Source: the human T2T-CHM13v2.0 reference genome, Homo sapiens. Taken from it: a DNA stretch of 64,000 nt. A model generated the notes under the pieces. That model made no database searches and was not told where the DNA came from. It saw only the letters and a program-made list of their open reading frames with translations. Location: NCBI RefSeq assembly GCF_009914755.1, contig NC_060925.1; one strand, given 5' to 3'. Numbering within the stretch: the stretch's first letter is position 1; the number at the start of each line of letters is the position of its first letter. Shown one piece after another: positions 1 to 12,852 of this stretch. Position numbers and translations under genes: made by a program.

Positions 1-77
1 ACTGCCCGTGTCACCTCGGGAAAGTTGCCCCACCTCTCTGAGCATTGGCTTCCCCATCTGTGAAAGAGGAGTGCTGA

Positions 78-431
<354 letters not shown>

Positions 432-444
432 TGACCCGTGCGTC

Positions 445-595
445 CTCCTAGCCTCTCTGGGTTGTCTGTCTCTCTCTGTTTTTCTATCCCTTCTCCTCCT
501 TCCCCTCTCCTCCTCCACCCCCACTCCTCCATCTCTCTGTCTCTCTGAGTTTCTTCTTTTCTGTCTTCTGTCTGTCCGCCTCTCTCATGGCCTGT
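445..595. repeat. CT-rich polypyrimidine tract in GRHL3 intron 9
   Basis: Base composition. Confidence 0.8.
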
Positions 596-746
596 AGTGA
601 CCTCAGGCAAGCAGGGCCAGGCCCCACTGGCCAGGCTGGGCCAGGTAAGTGCTGGTACCTTCCCATTTCCTGGTCTTGTTCTGGAAAAAAGAAGGACCAG
701 AAGCTTGGCCCATATTTAAGATGCAAAGCAGCAGCTGTGAAAGTAG

Positions 747-1255
<509 letters not shown>

Positions 1256-1434
1256 TAGGGGTTTAAACATGTATATATGGTCCTATAGCTTCAGTGACCT
1301 ATTGTATTGAAGAGAAGAATGTTATGAAGAAACAGATTTCGTAACCATTAAAACGTTCATGCTTAGGGCACACAAAGAGGAGGCTTCTGATATCTGACCC
1401 CAAACTTGATTGCAGCCCTATGGAATTCTCACGG

Positions 1435-1670
1435 CAGCACTTGTGGTGCTCACTGTGTGCCAGGTGCGGCTCTGAGCGCTTCCCAGGCATCACCGTCCTT
1501 ACCCTTCTCTACAGCCCTGGGAAGTCAATAATAATGTCTCCCTGGATCTGTGGGGTAGAAATGGAGGCACAGAGAAGTTAAGAAACCTCCTGAGATTGCA
1601 CAGCTAGTAAGTGGCAGAGCCAGGATCTGGACTGAGGCACCTGTTCAGAATCCACACCTTTCCCCACTAG
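1435..1670 (-). mobile_element. MIR (representative; similar MIR fragments lie near 1-110, 4080-4780, 6570-6780, 7320-7500, 8820-8945, 10145-10330, 11480-11590 and throughout the STPG1 introns)
   Basis: gaaatggaggcacagagaagttaag...cacagctagtaagtggcagagc MIR core. Confidence 0.8.
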
Positions 1671-2360
1671 CTGCTCCGCCTCTCAAGCAGCCGGGACTGA
1701 GTGCCTGGCAGCCAGGAGTGGGCTGGGTTCCCTGTTACAGCTGTCCTCCGAGAGACTGCACCTACCCCCTTTTCCAGGCACGGTCCCACAACAATTCAAT
1801 GGCAGGGTCAAGACCCCAGAGCCTGTCTCCTAGTGCGCTTCCATACTGGAGAGTCTGAGCATTTCCTTCCTTTAGGGGTACAGCTCCGCACTGTTTCTTC
1901 AGGAATATTTATACAAATGGACCTTGGTGTACAAGGCATGTTTAGTGTATTGACTTAGGACAATGAGGTGTAGACAGTGGCGCTGAGAAGAGCGGCCAGT
2001 GCTGACAGAGCTTGGCACAGGCGCAGAGCACTGTCTGTGTCCCTCCTCTCTTTGCCATCTTGGGAGCTGCGCTGTGGCCCCGCAGCACAGGCGGCTGTGT
2101 GAACCTGTTCTCTCTTGGCTCTCCTCACTCTCTCACCAACTAGAGGCCCTCAGTAAGGAGATGACCACTCAGGGTGAAGGCCCCTGTGGCTAGGTTGACA
2201 GTCAACCTGTGGGGGTTGAGGGTGGGCCAGTCTCCACACCTGTGAGCCTGGGAGAGGGGAAGCCCAGGGCAATAGCCAACAGAGAGCCTGAGTTTGAACC
2301 CTGACTCTGCCTCCTGCCGGGCGTGTCATCTCTAGAGCTCTCTGCTCTCTCTAGGCCTCA

Positions 2361-2642
<282 letters not shown>

Positions 2643-2997
2643 TCAGCTCCAACTGCCTAGTTACCGGCCGCAGGACCATCTGCAATTCCCAGCCCTTCTG
2701 GGCATGCTGGGGCCCAGGTGGGGCTCAGTGTGACTCTGCTCTGACAACATGGCTTTAGCACCTCCTGTGTGTTCATTGAGTCCTTGACCCATCCAGCTCG
2801 GGCTGGGTGATTCCTTTCCACTCAACATCTCAGGTCACTTAAGGGCACTTGTCTGAGCAGAATGGGCTAGAAAGGCATTGTAACAGTATTCTCCCCACCT
2901 CCCACCAAAAATATTCCTCCCAGAGAGCCTCCAGCAGCCAGGGGCTCCTCTCATTTTCCTGCGTGTGATGGAAAATGTCTTTTTCACTTCATTGCAG

Positions 2998-3032
2998 GCA
3001 GCCCCCTCGGCAGGACCCAGCAGCTCCAACAG
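2998..3032 (+). CDS. GRHL3: GRHL3 exon 12, a 35-nt exon (AAPSAGPSSSNR)
   Basis: ttgcag acceptor, AG/gtatgg donor; phase fits exons 11 and 13. Confidence 0.93.
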
Positions 3033-3056
3033 GTATGGAGAGAAACAACCACACGC

Positions 3057-3692
3057 CTCCCTCCACACCTGTGCACCCTCCACACCTGTGCCTCCGCCAC
3101 ACCTGTGCCCCCTCTACACCTGTGCCCCCTCCACACCTGTGCCCCTCCACACCTGTGCCCCTCCACACCTGTGTCCCCTCCACACCTGTGCCCCCTCCAC
3201 ACCTGTGCCCCCTCTACACCTGTGCCCCTCCACACCTGTGCCCCCTCCACACCTGTGCACCTCCACACCTGTGCCCCTCCACACCTGTGCCCCCTCTACA
3301 CCTGTGCCCCTCCACACCTGTGCCCCCTTTACACCTGTGCCCCTCCACACCTGTGCCCCCTCTACACCTGTGCCCCCTCCACACCTGTGCCCCCTCTACA
3401 CCTGTGCCCCTCCACACCTGTGCCCCCTCCACACCTGTGCACCTCCACACCTGTGCCCCTCCACACCTGTGCCCCCTCTACACCTGTGCCCCTCCACACC
3501 TGTGCCCCCTTTACACCTGTGCCCCTCCACACCTGTGCCCCCTCTACACCTGTGCCCCCTCTACACCTGTGCCCCCTCCACACCTGTGCGCCTCCACACC
3601 TGTGCCCCCTCCACACCTGTGCCCCCTCCACACCTGTGCCCCTCCACACCTGTGCCTCCGCCACACCTGTACCCCCTCTACACCTGTGCCCT
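3057..3692. repeat. Minisatellite/VNTR: about 38 copies of a 16-17 bp unit CACCTGTG(C)4-5TCCA in GRHL3 intron 12
   Basis: Counted directly; variant units TCTA, TTTA and GCAC. Confidence 0.97.
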
Positions 3693-4863
3693 CTGTACCA
3701 TGCCCACTGTACCATGCCCATTGCCCCCAGCCTGCTTTTCTCCCTGTTCCTTGCAAGCTAGGGTGTGGGGCCAGAGGAGGAAGCCACCAGCTTCTGCCCC
3801 CAGCCCCCAAGCTAGATCCATGCTTCTTTCTCACTGAAACTGCCTGGGTTTTTATGGGTTTGTTTTATGTGAAAAGTCGGCGAATCTCTGGCGAGACACC
3901 CGCTTGTAAAAAGGGAAAGGAAAAGAGTCTGTGGTGGTGCAGATTCAGAGAGAAGAGGGAAGCTGTGCTGGAGGCTTAGGGGATGAAAACCCTCCATCTC
4001 CTTCCCCAACACACCCCCACTGGGGGGCCTAGCTGGGGCCGGCACCCCTTGACACTTTGGCCTAGGAAGGGCCTTTGTGTCCTTCCCTCTGTCAGTCACA
4101 GCCTTAGTGCCCTGAGCAGTCCCTTCACCTCTCTGAGCCTCAGCCTACACATTTGTCAGATGAGGAAAACAGCCTCGAGAGGGTGAGGAGGGCGGTGTGG
4201 ATATGGAATCTTCGTAAGTGGGAAAGCACTTTATGAAGATCATTTGCTGTTATGATCAGTTTCTTCCCTATGAACAAAATGTACTTTTCACTTGGTGCTT
4301 TCACCCCAAATTATGTCACTTGTCACCTCACAACAGCCTCAGAGTTAGGCAAGCAGGGTTATTGCCCTGCTTTATGGATGCGGAAACTGAGGCTCAGAGA
4401 AGTGAAGTGCCTTCTAGCTGTGAAAGTCACCGCAGCAGGACTGGACCCCAAGCCTGTCTTACTCCAAAGCCCCCAGTCCTTCCACCCCCCCACCCCGCCT
4501 CACATCTGACCTGATTTCTTTTAAAAAGGAACGATGATGATGACGATGAGTCCACATTTATTGAGGCCCTCCTGTGCGTCACAGTGTTCTAAGCGCAGTG
4601 AGCATGGTCTCCTGTGGCCTCACATCCCTCTATGAAGTATTGCTATCATTGCTTTCTCATCATCCCATTTTATACATGGGGTCACTGATGGGCTAAGGGA
4701 CTCACCCAGGTCACACACCTAGTGCGTGGCAGGGCTGGGATTCAAACCCAGGCAGTCCAACTCCAGACCTGCTGCTTTACCCCCACTGTCCCTCTGCTTT
4801 GCATCCACCCTTGTGTTTTCTTCCCCATTTCTAGGGCCCCTGGAGGCCCAGCAGGGTCCTTGA

Positions 4864-5133
<270 letters not shown>

Positions 5134-5831
5134 TAAGACTTGGGGGTGGGGGTAACGAGGGAACCTCAGGCTGCTTGGAGAGACCACCACAGGACTGGCG
5201 GCTTCTGTCTCCTGACCTCGTGTGGACGTGGGAGTCCTGGGCAGCTGGCATAGTCAGCAGGCTGATTATGCTGGGCGAGTCCCCCCTCTCCCACTTTTTC
5301 TGATGGGGAGTGGGAGAAGGGTGGGGTTTTGATGTCTGGCTTTCTTGCTTTGACCCTCTAAATCTGTTACTTCCTTGGGGTGGGGAACAAGCCCAAACCT
5401 CTGGGGGCTGTAGCTGGCCATCAGGAAGAAACCAACTAGCAGCTAAGCTCAAAAGCTTCCAGCAGCCATGAATCGAGCTTTGCGTGGCACCTCGTGTTTC
5501 CAGACACTGCCATCAATTCCCACAATGACTCTACGAAACAGCGGACAGAGCCTCCATTTTACATGCAAATAAAATCAGGCTCCGTGATGTTAAAATCACG
5601 TTTGCAAGGTCACCTGGCTGGCAGGTAGTAGAGCAGGGGTTCAGACACCCCCACATAAGCACAGCTTAAGAGGGTGCATGGGAATCTGCAGAGCCGGCCA
5701 AAGGGCCTCCCAGCTGGGCAAAGACCCGCAGCAGAAGTCGATCTTCAAGTAACGTTTTCAGATTCCCCAGCCCCTGAGATGATCCTGTTCACATTATCTT
5801 CCTTGCACTCAAGCTGGCCCTTGCTTTTCAG

Positions 5832-5917
5832 TTCTGCTGTATGTGCGGAGGGAGACTGAGGAGGTGTTTGACGCGCTCATGTTGAAGACCCCAGACCTGA
5901 AGGGGCTGAGGAATGCG
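5832..5917 (+). CDS. GRHL3: GRHL3 exon 14 ([29 protein letters not shown], dimerisation domain)
   Basis: ttttcag acceptor, GCG/gtaagc donor, 86 nt; conserved GRHL dimerisation motif. Confidence 0.96.
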
Positions 5918-8361
5918 GTAAGCTGCCTGTGGACCCCGCCCCCCATGGCAGACCCCCTCTAGGCTCCTGTCCCCACTCCTCACCACGCAGTTCTGATTTC
6001 CCACAGGAGGGAACCTTGGCATGCCGGTGGCCTACCCGTCCCACCCTGTCCAGGGGGCCTGAGGGGCCCTGCCGGTGGGGGTGTGCCTCTGCGATGTTAT
6101 CTCCCAGCCAGAACCCTGACTCCACCCTGGGAGTCGCACACACCATAAATCCTCCTTGATCTGATGGCTGCTGTCTGACAGGCCAGGGTTTTTTGTTGGC
6201 TTTGCAAACCTGTTTCTGTTTTAATGGGAATGGAACCCAAAAAGGCCAGGCCCCAGAGACGCTCTCTTTTTCTTTCCCAGGGGGCCTCATTCTGCCTGCT
6301 TGTGGTTGGCTGGGGGCCGCTGGCTGGGGTAGCTGAAGGCAATGTCTGTGCAAGGAGACCTTCCCCAGCCCCCCACACCACCAGAGAGTGGGCAAAACAG
6401 CCCAGTCCTGAATAAAACCCATAGCCAGCTTTGTGGCTCCACCAAAAACTAAGCAAACACAGCGTCCACCAGGGTCAGCTGTGGCTGAAGGTGGAACCAC
6501 TCGGAAAAGCCAGATGGTGTCAAGATTTCAGGCTGGCGGAGTGAAAATGGCATCAAATAGTAACGCTAGCTGACCTTTGTTGAAGGCCCACTATGTGCCA
6601 GGCAGTTGGTCAGACATGCCGCCTGCACTGGCTCATCATGTGCCCTTAACAACCCTGAAAAGTGGGTACTATTCGTATCTCCTCATTTCCCGCAAGGACA
6701 CAGCCTCCGAGAGGTCAGGTGACTTGCCAGGGTTACTCAGCTCCAGGTGACAGAGCCGGGATGCCAGCCCAGGCTCTCCTCATGCTACTCGGCTGCTTGT
6801 TCTCTTTACGCACCGTCAGCCCTGCTCGGCATCAGCCCCAGGAAGCTGGGCTCACAAAAGACCATTAATGTCACCTAAATATAGACTCAGAGGCTTTGGG
6901 TTGGACAATACCTTAAAGGGTCAGCTCCCCATCTAGTGCCTGCACTCCCTCTCTCCAGCAGCGCTTCCAAGCTGGTGCCCACTTTTGACCCGTGTACCTC
7001 CAGGAATGGAGAGTTTACTACCTGTGGGGCAGCCCATGGTGTCTTTGTCCAATTTGTCCAATTGATGGTGAGAGAGTTCCTGAGTTCTTCCTTAGATTGA
7101 CTTGAGATCTTCTTCCTGGTAGCTTTCAGTCACATCATCATTAAAAGAAATAGTCGTCTAAGAACTCTCTTGCCAGGAGGAATCTCTGTTAGGGTAGAGA
7201 ATAACTGAGAAGCTGAACCTGATCCTTTTTCTAAAATGCCCAGAGAGGATGACCTCCACCTGAAACCCAGGACCTGAGGTTTGCTGCAGCTTCTAGGCAG
7301 CTAGTACTAATCAACACCGACGTCTTACAGAGCTGTTTCCCTGGGACAGGCACTGGGCTGAGCCCTTTACACAATCGTCTCAGTTCGTGTGCAGAACCAC
7401 AGTGTGTGTACATCCTATTACTATGCCCATTTTACAAGTGAGGAAACCGAGGCTCAGAGAAGTAAGAGTGGCCTGTTCGAAGTTCTGCACGTCCAGGTGG
7501 TGCAGCTGGGACCAGACTGGATGTGCCTGCCCCAGAGGAAACTTCAGAAGCTCTGGGGAGACAGGCTGACACTGGCTGTGTGATCTCAGGCAGGTCACTC
7601 AACAAGCCTCTGACCCACAGTCTCCTCATGCAGGGAAGTAAGTTCCAACATTTTCGGATGTGACGGAGTCAGTTAACCTGGGGTCTAGGCCTTGGGCGCG
7701 TGGCTTATGCTGTTTGAGCTCCGCATGCTCGCCCAACAAATGGGCTTAATAATTCCGGCCTAAAAGGGGGAGATGTCTGGGCTTTCCCCTGTCCCAGCAG
7801 GGCAAGCAGCATCTTCATTGCTCTGCTTCTGAAAAAAACAACACTGACCGCTTATTCAGGGCTCAGTACGCGCCAGGAGCTGTCTTAAGTGTTTAATGTG
7901 GATCAATCCACTTAATTCTTCCAGCAACCCTCTGAGGTGGGCACTGTTCCTGTCTCCACAGGTAGCTTGCACGAGGCCAGCCAGCTGGTACATGGGTGCA
8001 CCCTCAGCACTAGGACAGTTTCAATATCTCATGGGCAAGTTCAGGGAAATGGTAGATGCTCTTCAGGATATTTTTCAGCCACTAAAAATGCTGCTTGACA
8101 AGTGTTTGTTGTGACATAGGAAGGCTTATACTAGGATGATAAGTAAAAAGATATATAAAACCATGTGGAACCTAAAAACATTTATACACACAACCGTACG
8201 TACACATGACCAAAAGATGGGAAGATGCACACCCAGATGTTAATGGTGTCTATCTCTGAGAAACAGGATTATAGATGATTGTAATTTTCTTCTTCATATT
8301 TGCCCACAATATGCATATGTTTTACTTTTGTAATCAGGAAGTAAAAAAAGTGATGGCATAA

Positions 8362-8487
<126 letters not shown>

Positions 8488-11400
8488 TGAGTGCCTAGTT
8501 CACCCTCCCCCAGCTGGTTGCTCAGTGCTGAGCAATGTTTGTACTTGGCCTTTGTGGAGGGGCTGAGGGGATGTGGAGTTGGGGTGGAGAGCTCCCCAGC
8601 CAGGCCAAAGCCACTGGTCACCTCTCCATCTGCAGAGACCAGACATGGGTCACAACTGGGAAGGATGGGAGTGGGAGACAAGTGGAAGGGTTGTTACATA
8701 TATGACCTCCTGGGTGGGGTGGAGGGAGAAGTGGAGGGTCATGTGTCAGAAGACCCAGGTTCAAGGCCACTGGGAAACCAAGCCATTTGATTATAAAGAT
8801 AATGATTATAGTGACCACCATCCCCTTGAGCACTCACTATGTGTCAGACACGAGGCTAAGCACACACTACTTAACTCTCACAACCATACTAAGAGGTAAA
8901 TACCATAGTCCTCATTTGACAGATAAGGAAACTGAGGCTCAGAGGTAATAAGCAGTGTTCAGGGGCAGGAGAAGTGGATCAAAGGCATGAGGCAGGCAGG
9001 CCCAACAAAGTTGTTACTGACAGAGCCGTAGGCAGGAAGGGAGTGGCTGGCGATGAGTCTGGAAAAGGAGTTGTGATTGGGAGTCATTTTGAGGGAATCC
9101 AGCCAGGGATGCTCCACAGGCCTCCTCCATCTTTGCTAGACAGACTAGGCCAGGAATAAAGCTGTACCCTCCAGGGGGCAGGCAGTGCCTGGCTGCCTAC
9201 CATGGGCTCCTGGGCACCAGAGTACCTTTGTTGTCTGCTCAGAAGATCCCTTGGGAAAGGGAGGTAGGGTCACATGGTAACTGTCCTCCAGACATCAGTC
9301 CCCTGGTCAGAGCTAGTGAGCCTGTCCTCTGCAGCCCTTCCTGAGTAGGTGACTTCACCAGCCTGGCATAGGGCCCCCAGACAGTGAGGAATTGTCATTG
9401 CTGTTGCCAGCCCAGAGGCCCCAGAACCAGAGCCCTGGGAAATGCACTCCTAGCCCCTCTGCCCACAGCTCCAATCTGATCCTCTTGCTGTGGATAGTCT
9501 AACTCGAGCGACATTTGCTAGTAGCCCCTTGGAGGTGCTCAGCCACTTGCCCCGTGGCTACTGCAAGTGGATCTTCCTTTGTAGAAGACTTTGCAAAGCG
9601 AGGCAAGTTTTGTACTCAAGCTGAATCCCCATCTCATCAGGCCTAGGGGCCTGGCCGCCTTCCTCACAGGCCCAGCCCTGCCTGCCTTCCTCCTCCTTCG
9701 TTCCTTCCTAGCCTTCCATAGAAGGCTGAGGGTGGGGGAAGGTGTCCATCCCTGCAGCCCCTGGGAAGGGGGTTTTTTTTGGTTTTAGCTGCATGCATGT
9801 CTAGAGTTTTTCGTGTGTCTTTTTTTTCCAAGTTTCGGTTTCCATCTGAGTCTCACATGCTCTGTAGAGTGAAATCCACTTCACGGCAAAGGGCAGGCTC
9901 TGCTTTCCCCAGACAAGCCCAGCCCCACTCTCCCTTCAGCTCCAGTGCCCATGCCCCCTGGCTCCAGCCCCACCTGTGGCAGGCCTCCCTTACCAATCCC
10001 ACTCCAGGCCAGGCTGTGTGATTGCATGGGGGGGTGGGAGGGTGGGGTGTGTGTACAAGGATGTTCCCCAGCCCCACTGGCTGAGTTGCCAGAGGCTTCC
10101 CCTTAAGCCCCAGCCAGCTATTGAAATCATAATTCTAAAACCTTCCATTTATGGGGCACTTCCTACATGCCAGGCACTGGGCTGCATCACTCCCAAGCAT
10201 CATCTCGTTGACCCTTTGAGCTGGGTATCATTATCTCTGTTTGTACGTATGGGGAAACTGAGGTCTGCAGTAGTTACAAGGTCATGAGTTAGGAACTGGC
10301 AGAAGCATCTTGGACTTCTAAAGCCTGTACAGGCATCCACTCTGTTATCCTGCCTCCTGCTTGTTCCTCTAATCACTACGCAATGTGCAAATAAAGGATG
10401 CAGCCAGGCTGGCCAGTTTATTTGCCCAGCACCATAGCCAGGGCATCACTCAGCAGCCCTTCACAGGCACCCCACACACCCCCACGGCCGTGAAAACATC
10501 AGCCCCAGGACTGTCTGAAATGTCTGAATGACAGTGTTCCCCAAAATAGATCTTAGGAGAGGAGAGGCCAGGCTCATCTTCTGCCTCCCTCTGAGTCCTC
10601 ATGTGAGAAACAGGAAATTCTGATCAAAGGCCTGGTTTATTTTCATAAAACCCTCCCGAAAGTCCTCTGGATGAAGGTGGATAGAGTCAGCTTTACAGGC
10701 CCCACTAAGTGCTGCAAAGATGAGCAAATACATTGTTTTTGCTGGCAGCTGGCCAGGGGTTTAATGTGACTCAGGACTGAAGACAGCTAGAAGGTGGCAA
10801 GTAACAAGAGGCCCACATTTGGTGACAGTGGTACTGCCTCTCAGGGGCCCGCTGTCATTAACTTTTGAGAAGAGGGGTCTGTGGGCCCATCTGGAAGCCC
10901 TCTTGTGCAGGTGTGAGCAGGTGTGAGCTTGGCAGATGTGAGCAGGTGTGAGCTCAGGGCGCTGGAAGGCCCTGCTAGGGAGTGGGACGGATCCAGCCTT
11001 CCAGCTGGTACATATCAGTTACTTCACAGTGCCTGGCACCTAGAAGCACGCAATCAATGGCAGACAAAACAACCCTGATTTTGAAAAAGGACCCACCCCT
11101 CTGCCCAGTTCTGGTCTCCCCTGGTCTGTTTCCGACCTCCCGTGCCCAAAGAGCCCTCTGTGAAATGAAGGAACTCCAGGCAGGACCCAAGAAAGGGGAG
11201 CCTATGATTACACATTGGCAGTCAGCGCTCAAACCACTGACAGCCCAAGCCTGGACCTTCTTCCTGAGAGCGGCAGGGAGAGACAACTGGATGTGGGCCA
11301 TGCCTTCGGGTCCATGTTGTCTCCATTGCCCTCGGGGGGTCCTCGTGCCTGCCGCTCCTGCGCCACTTCAAAGAACTCTCCCATAGCCCTGGATTTTGCC

Positions 11401-11699
11401 TTCCTTCTATCTGCTGCTTCTTAACTTGTATTTATAGGGCTTTGTTTCCTTCTAAAAATGATACAGTAGAAAGAGAAAAGGTTCAAATCCCAGCCCTGCC
11501 ATCTATGAACTGTGTGACCTTAGACAAATAACTTTGTTTCTTTGAACCTCAGCTTCCCCATTTATGAACTGGGGTAATATGAGGATTCATCCTCCCAGTC
11601 CCTACTAGATTCAAAACTCCTGGAAGGCAGGAACTAGGTCTAATTCATCTCCATATGGTCCTTGTTTTTGAGCAAAGCCCTGCACATGGAAAGGCCTCA

Positions 11700-11968
11700 G
11701 TGAATATAGGGGATGAATGGGAAGATGACGGCAGGTGGGCAGGTGGATGGAGGATGGTGGATGGGTGGGGGTGTGGGTAGATGGTGCATGAGTGGGTAGA
11801 TGGACGAGTAGATGCCAGGTAGGTGTGTGTGTGGGTGTGTAGTAGAGGGTAGATGGGGGTGTGTATGGGTGGGTAGATGGTGGATGGGGGTGTGGTTGGG
11901 TGGGTGGATGATGGATGGGGAGTGTGTGTATGTGAATGAATGGTGGATGGTGAATGTGTGGGTGGATA
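11700..11968. repeat. (TGGA/TGGG/TG)n low-complexity tract, probably the tail of an L2 fragment
   Basis: Degenerate GGAT/GT repeats following L2-like sequence at about 11600-11700. Confidence 0.75.
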
Positions 11969-12597
11969 TACCCAACTCCATTACATGCTCAGAAGACAGC
12001 AGGGAAGGGGCAAGGAGAAGGTTGATGTGATCAGCTCAAGTCACATCTTGGTGGGTCCTTCATCAGGAGCAGCTTCTAGAGGGCTGCTCTTTCTTTGGCA
12101 TAAACAATGGCTCTGACTCCCTGCAGGGGCCCACAGCCATGAAGATTCCGTCTCTCTCAGGTTGACCCAGGTCCTTGCCTGGAGAATATGGGGAGAGAGT
12201 GGGCCTAGCCCCTCAAGTCTATCGGACAATCCTCCTGAGATTTCAGCTTCCTGGGAATGGAACTGGGAGGGGCTTGTGTGGCACCTGCCTCTGGCTCAGG
12301 CATGCCTGAGGGACACATCCTAGCCTCTTGTTGAACCCAACCCACCACCCCTCCGGGGCTTGAACTCACACTTCATGTCCGAGTCCTCAATATGGTGACT
12401 AAGGGAGCACTGCGTCTCCCCCAGATCTACATACTAGTTGCTTGAGTGTCCATCCTCGGGTGTACCAGGAGAGAGGCAATCCGGCGCAGTAGCTGTGAGT
12501 GTGGGGGCCAGCAGGCCTGGGTTGGGTTGTGGCTCGGCTACTGGGCATTGTGCAGTAAAGGAGACTGTGACTCCCTCACCTCGTGGGGTTGTTGTGA

Positions 12598-12852
<255 letters not shown>

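Noticed and set aside
2965-3979. Long ORFs (290, 334 and 218 aa, plus antisense ORFs) as an independent gene, or the repeat as a CRISPR-like array
   Set aside because: They arise from a stop-free minisatellite; there are no unique spacers and the context is a eukaryotic intron
7945-7967. Pyrimidine tract plus CAG/GTAGC resembling a recursive splice site
   Set aside because: It lies in a MIR fragment within a 2.5-kb intron and the donor is weak
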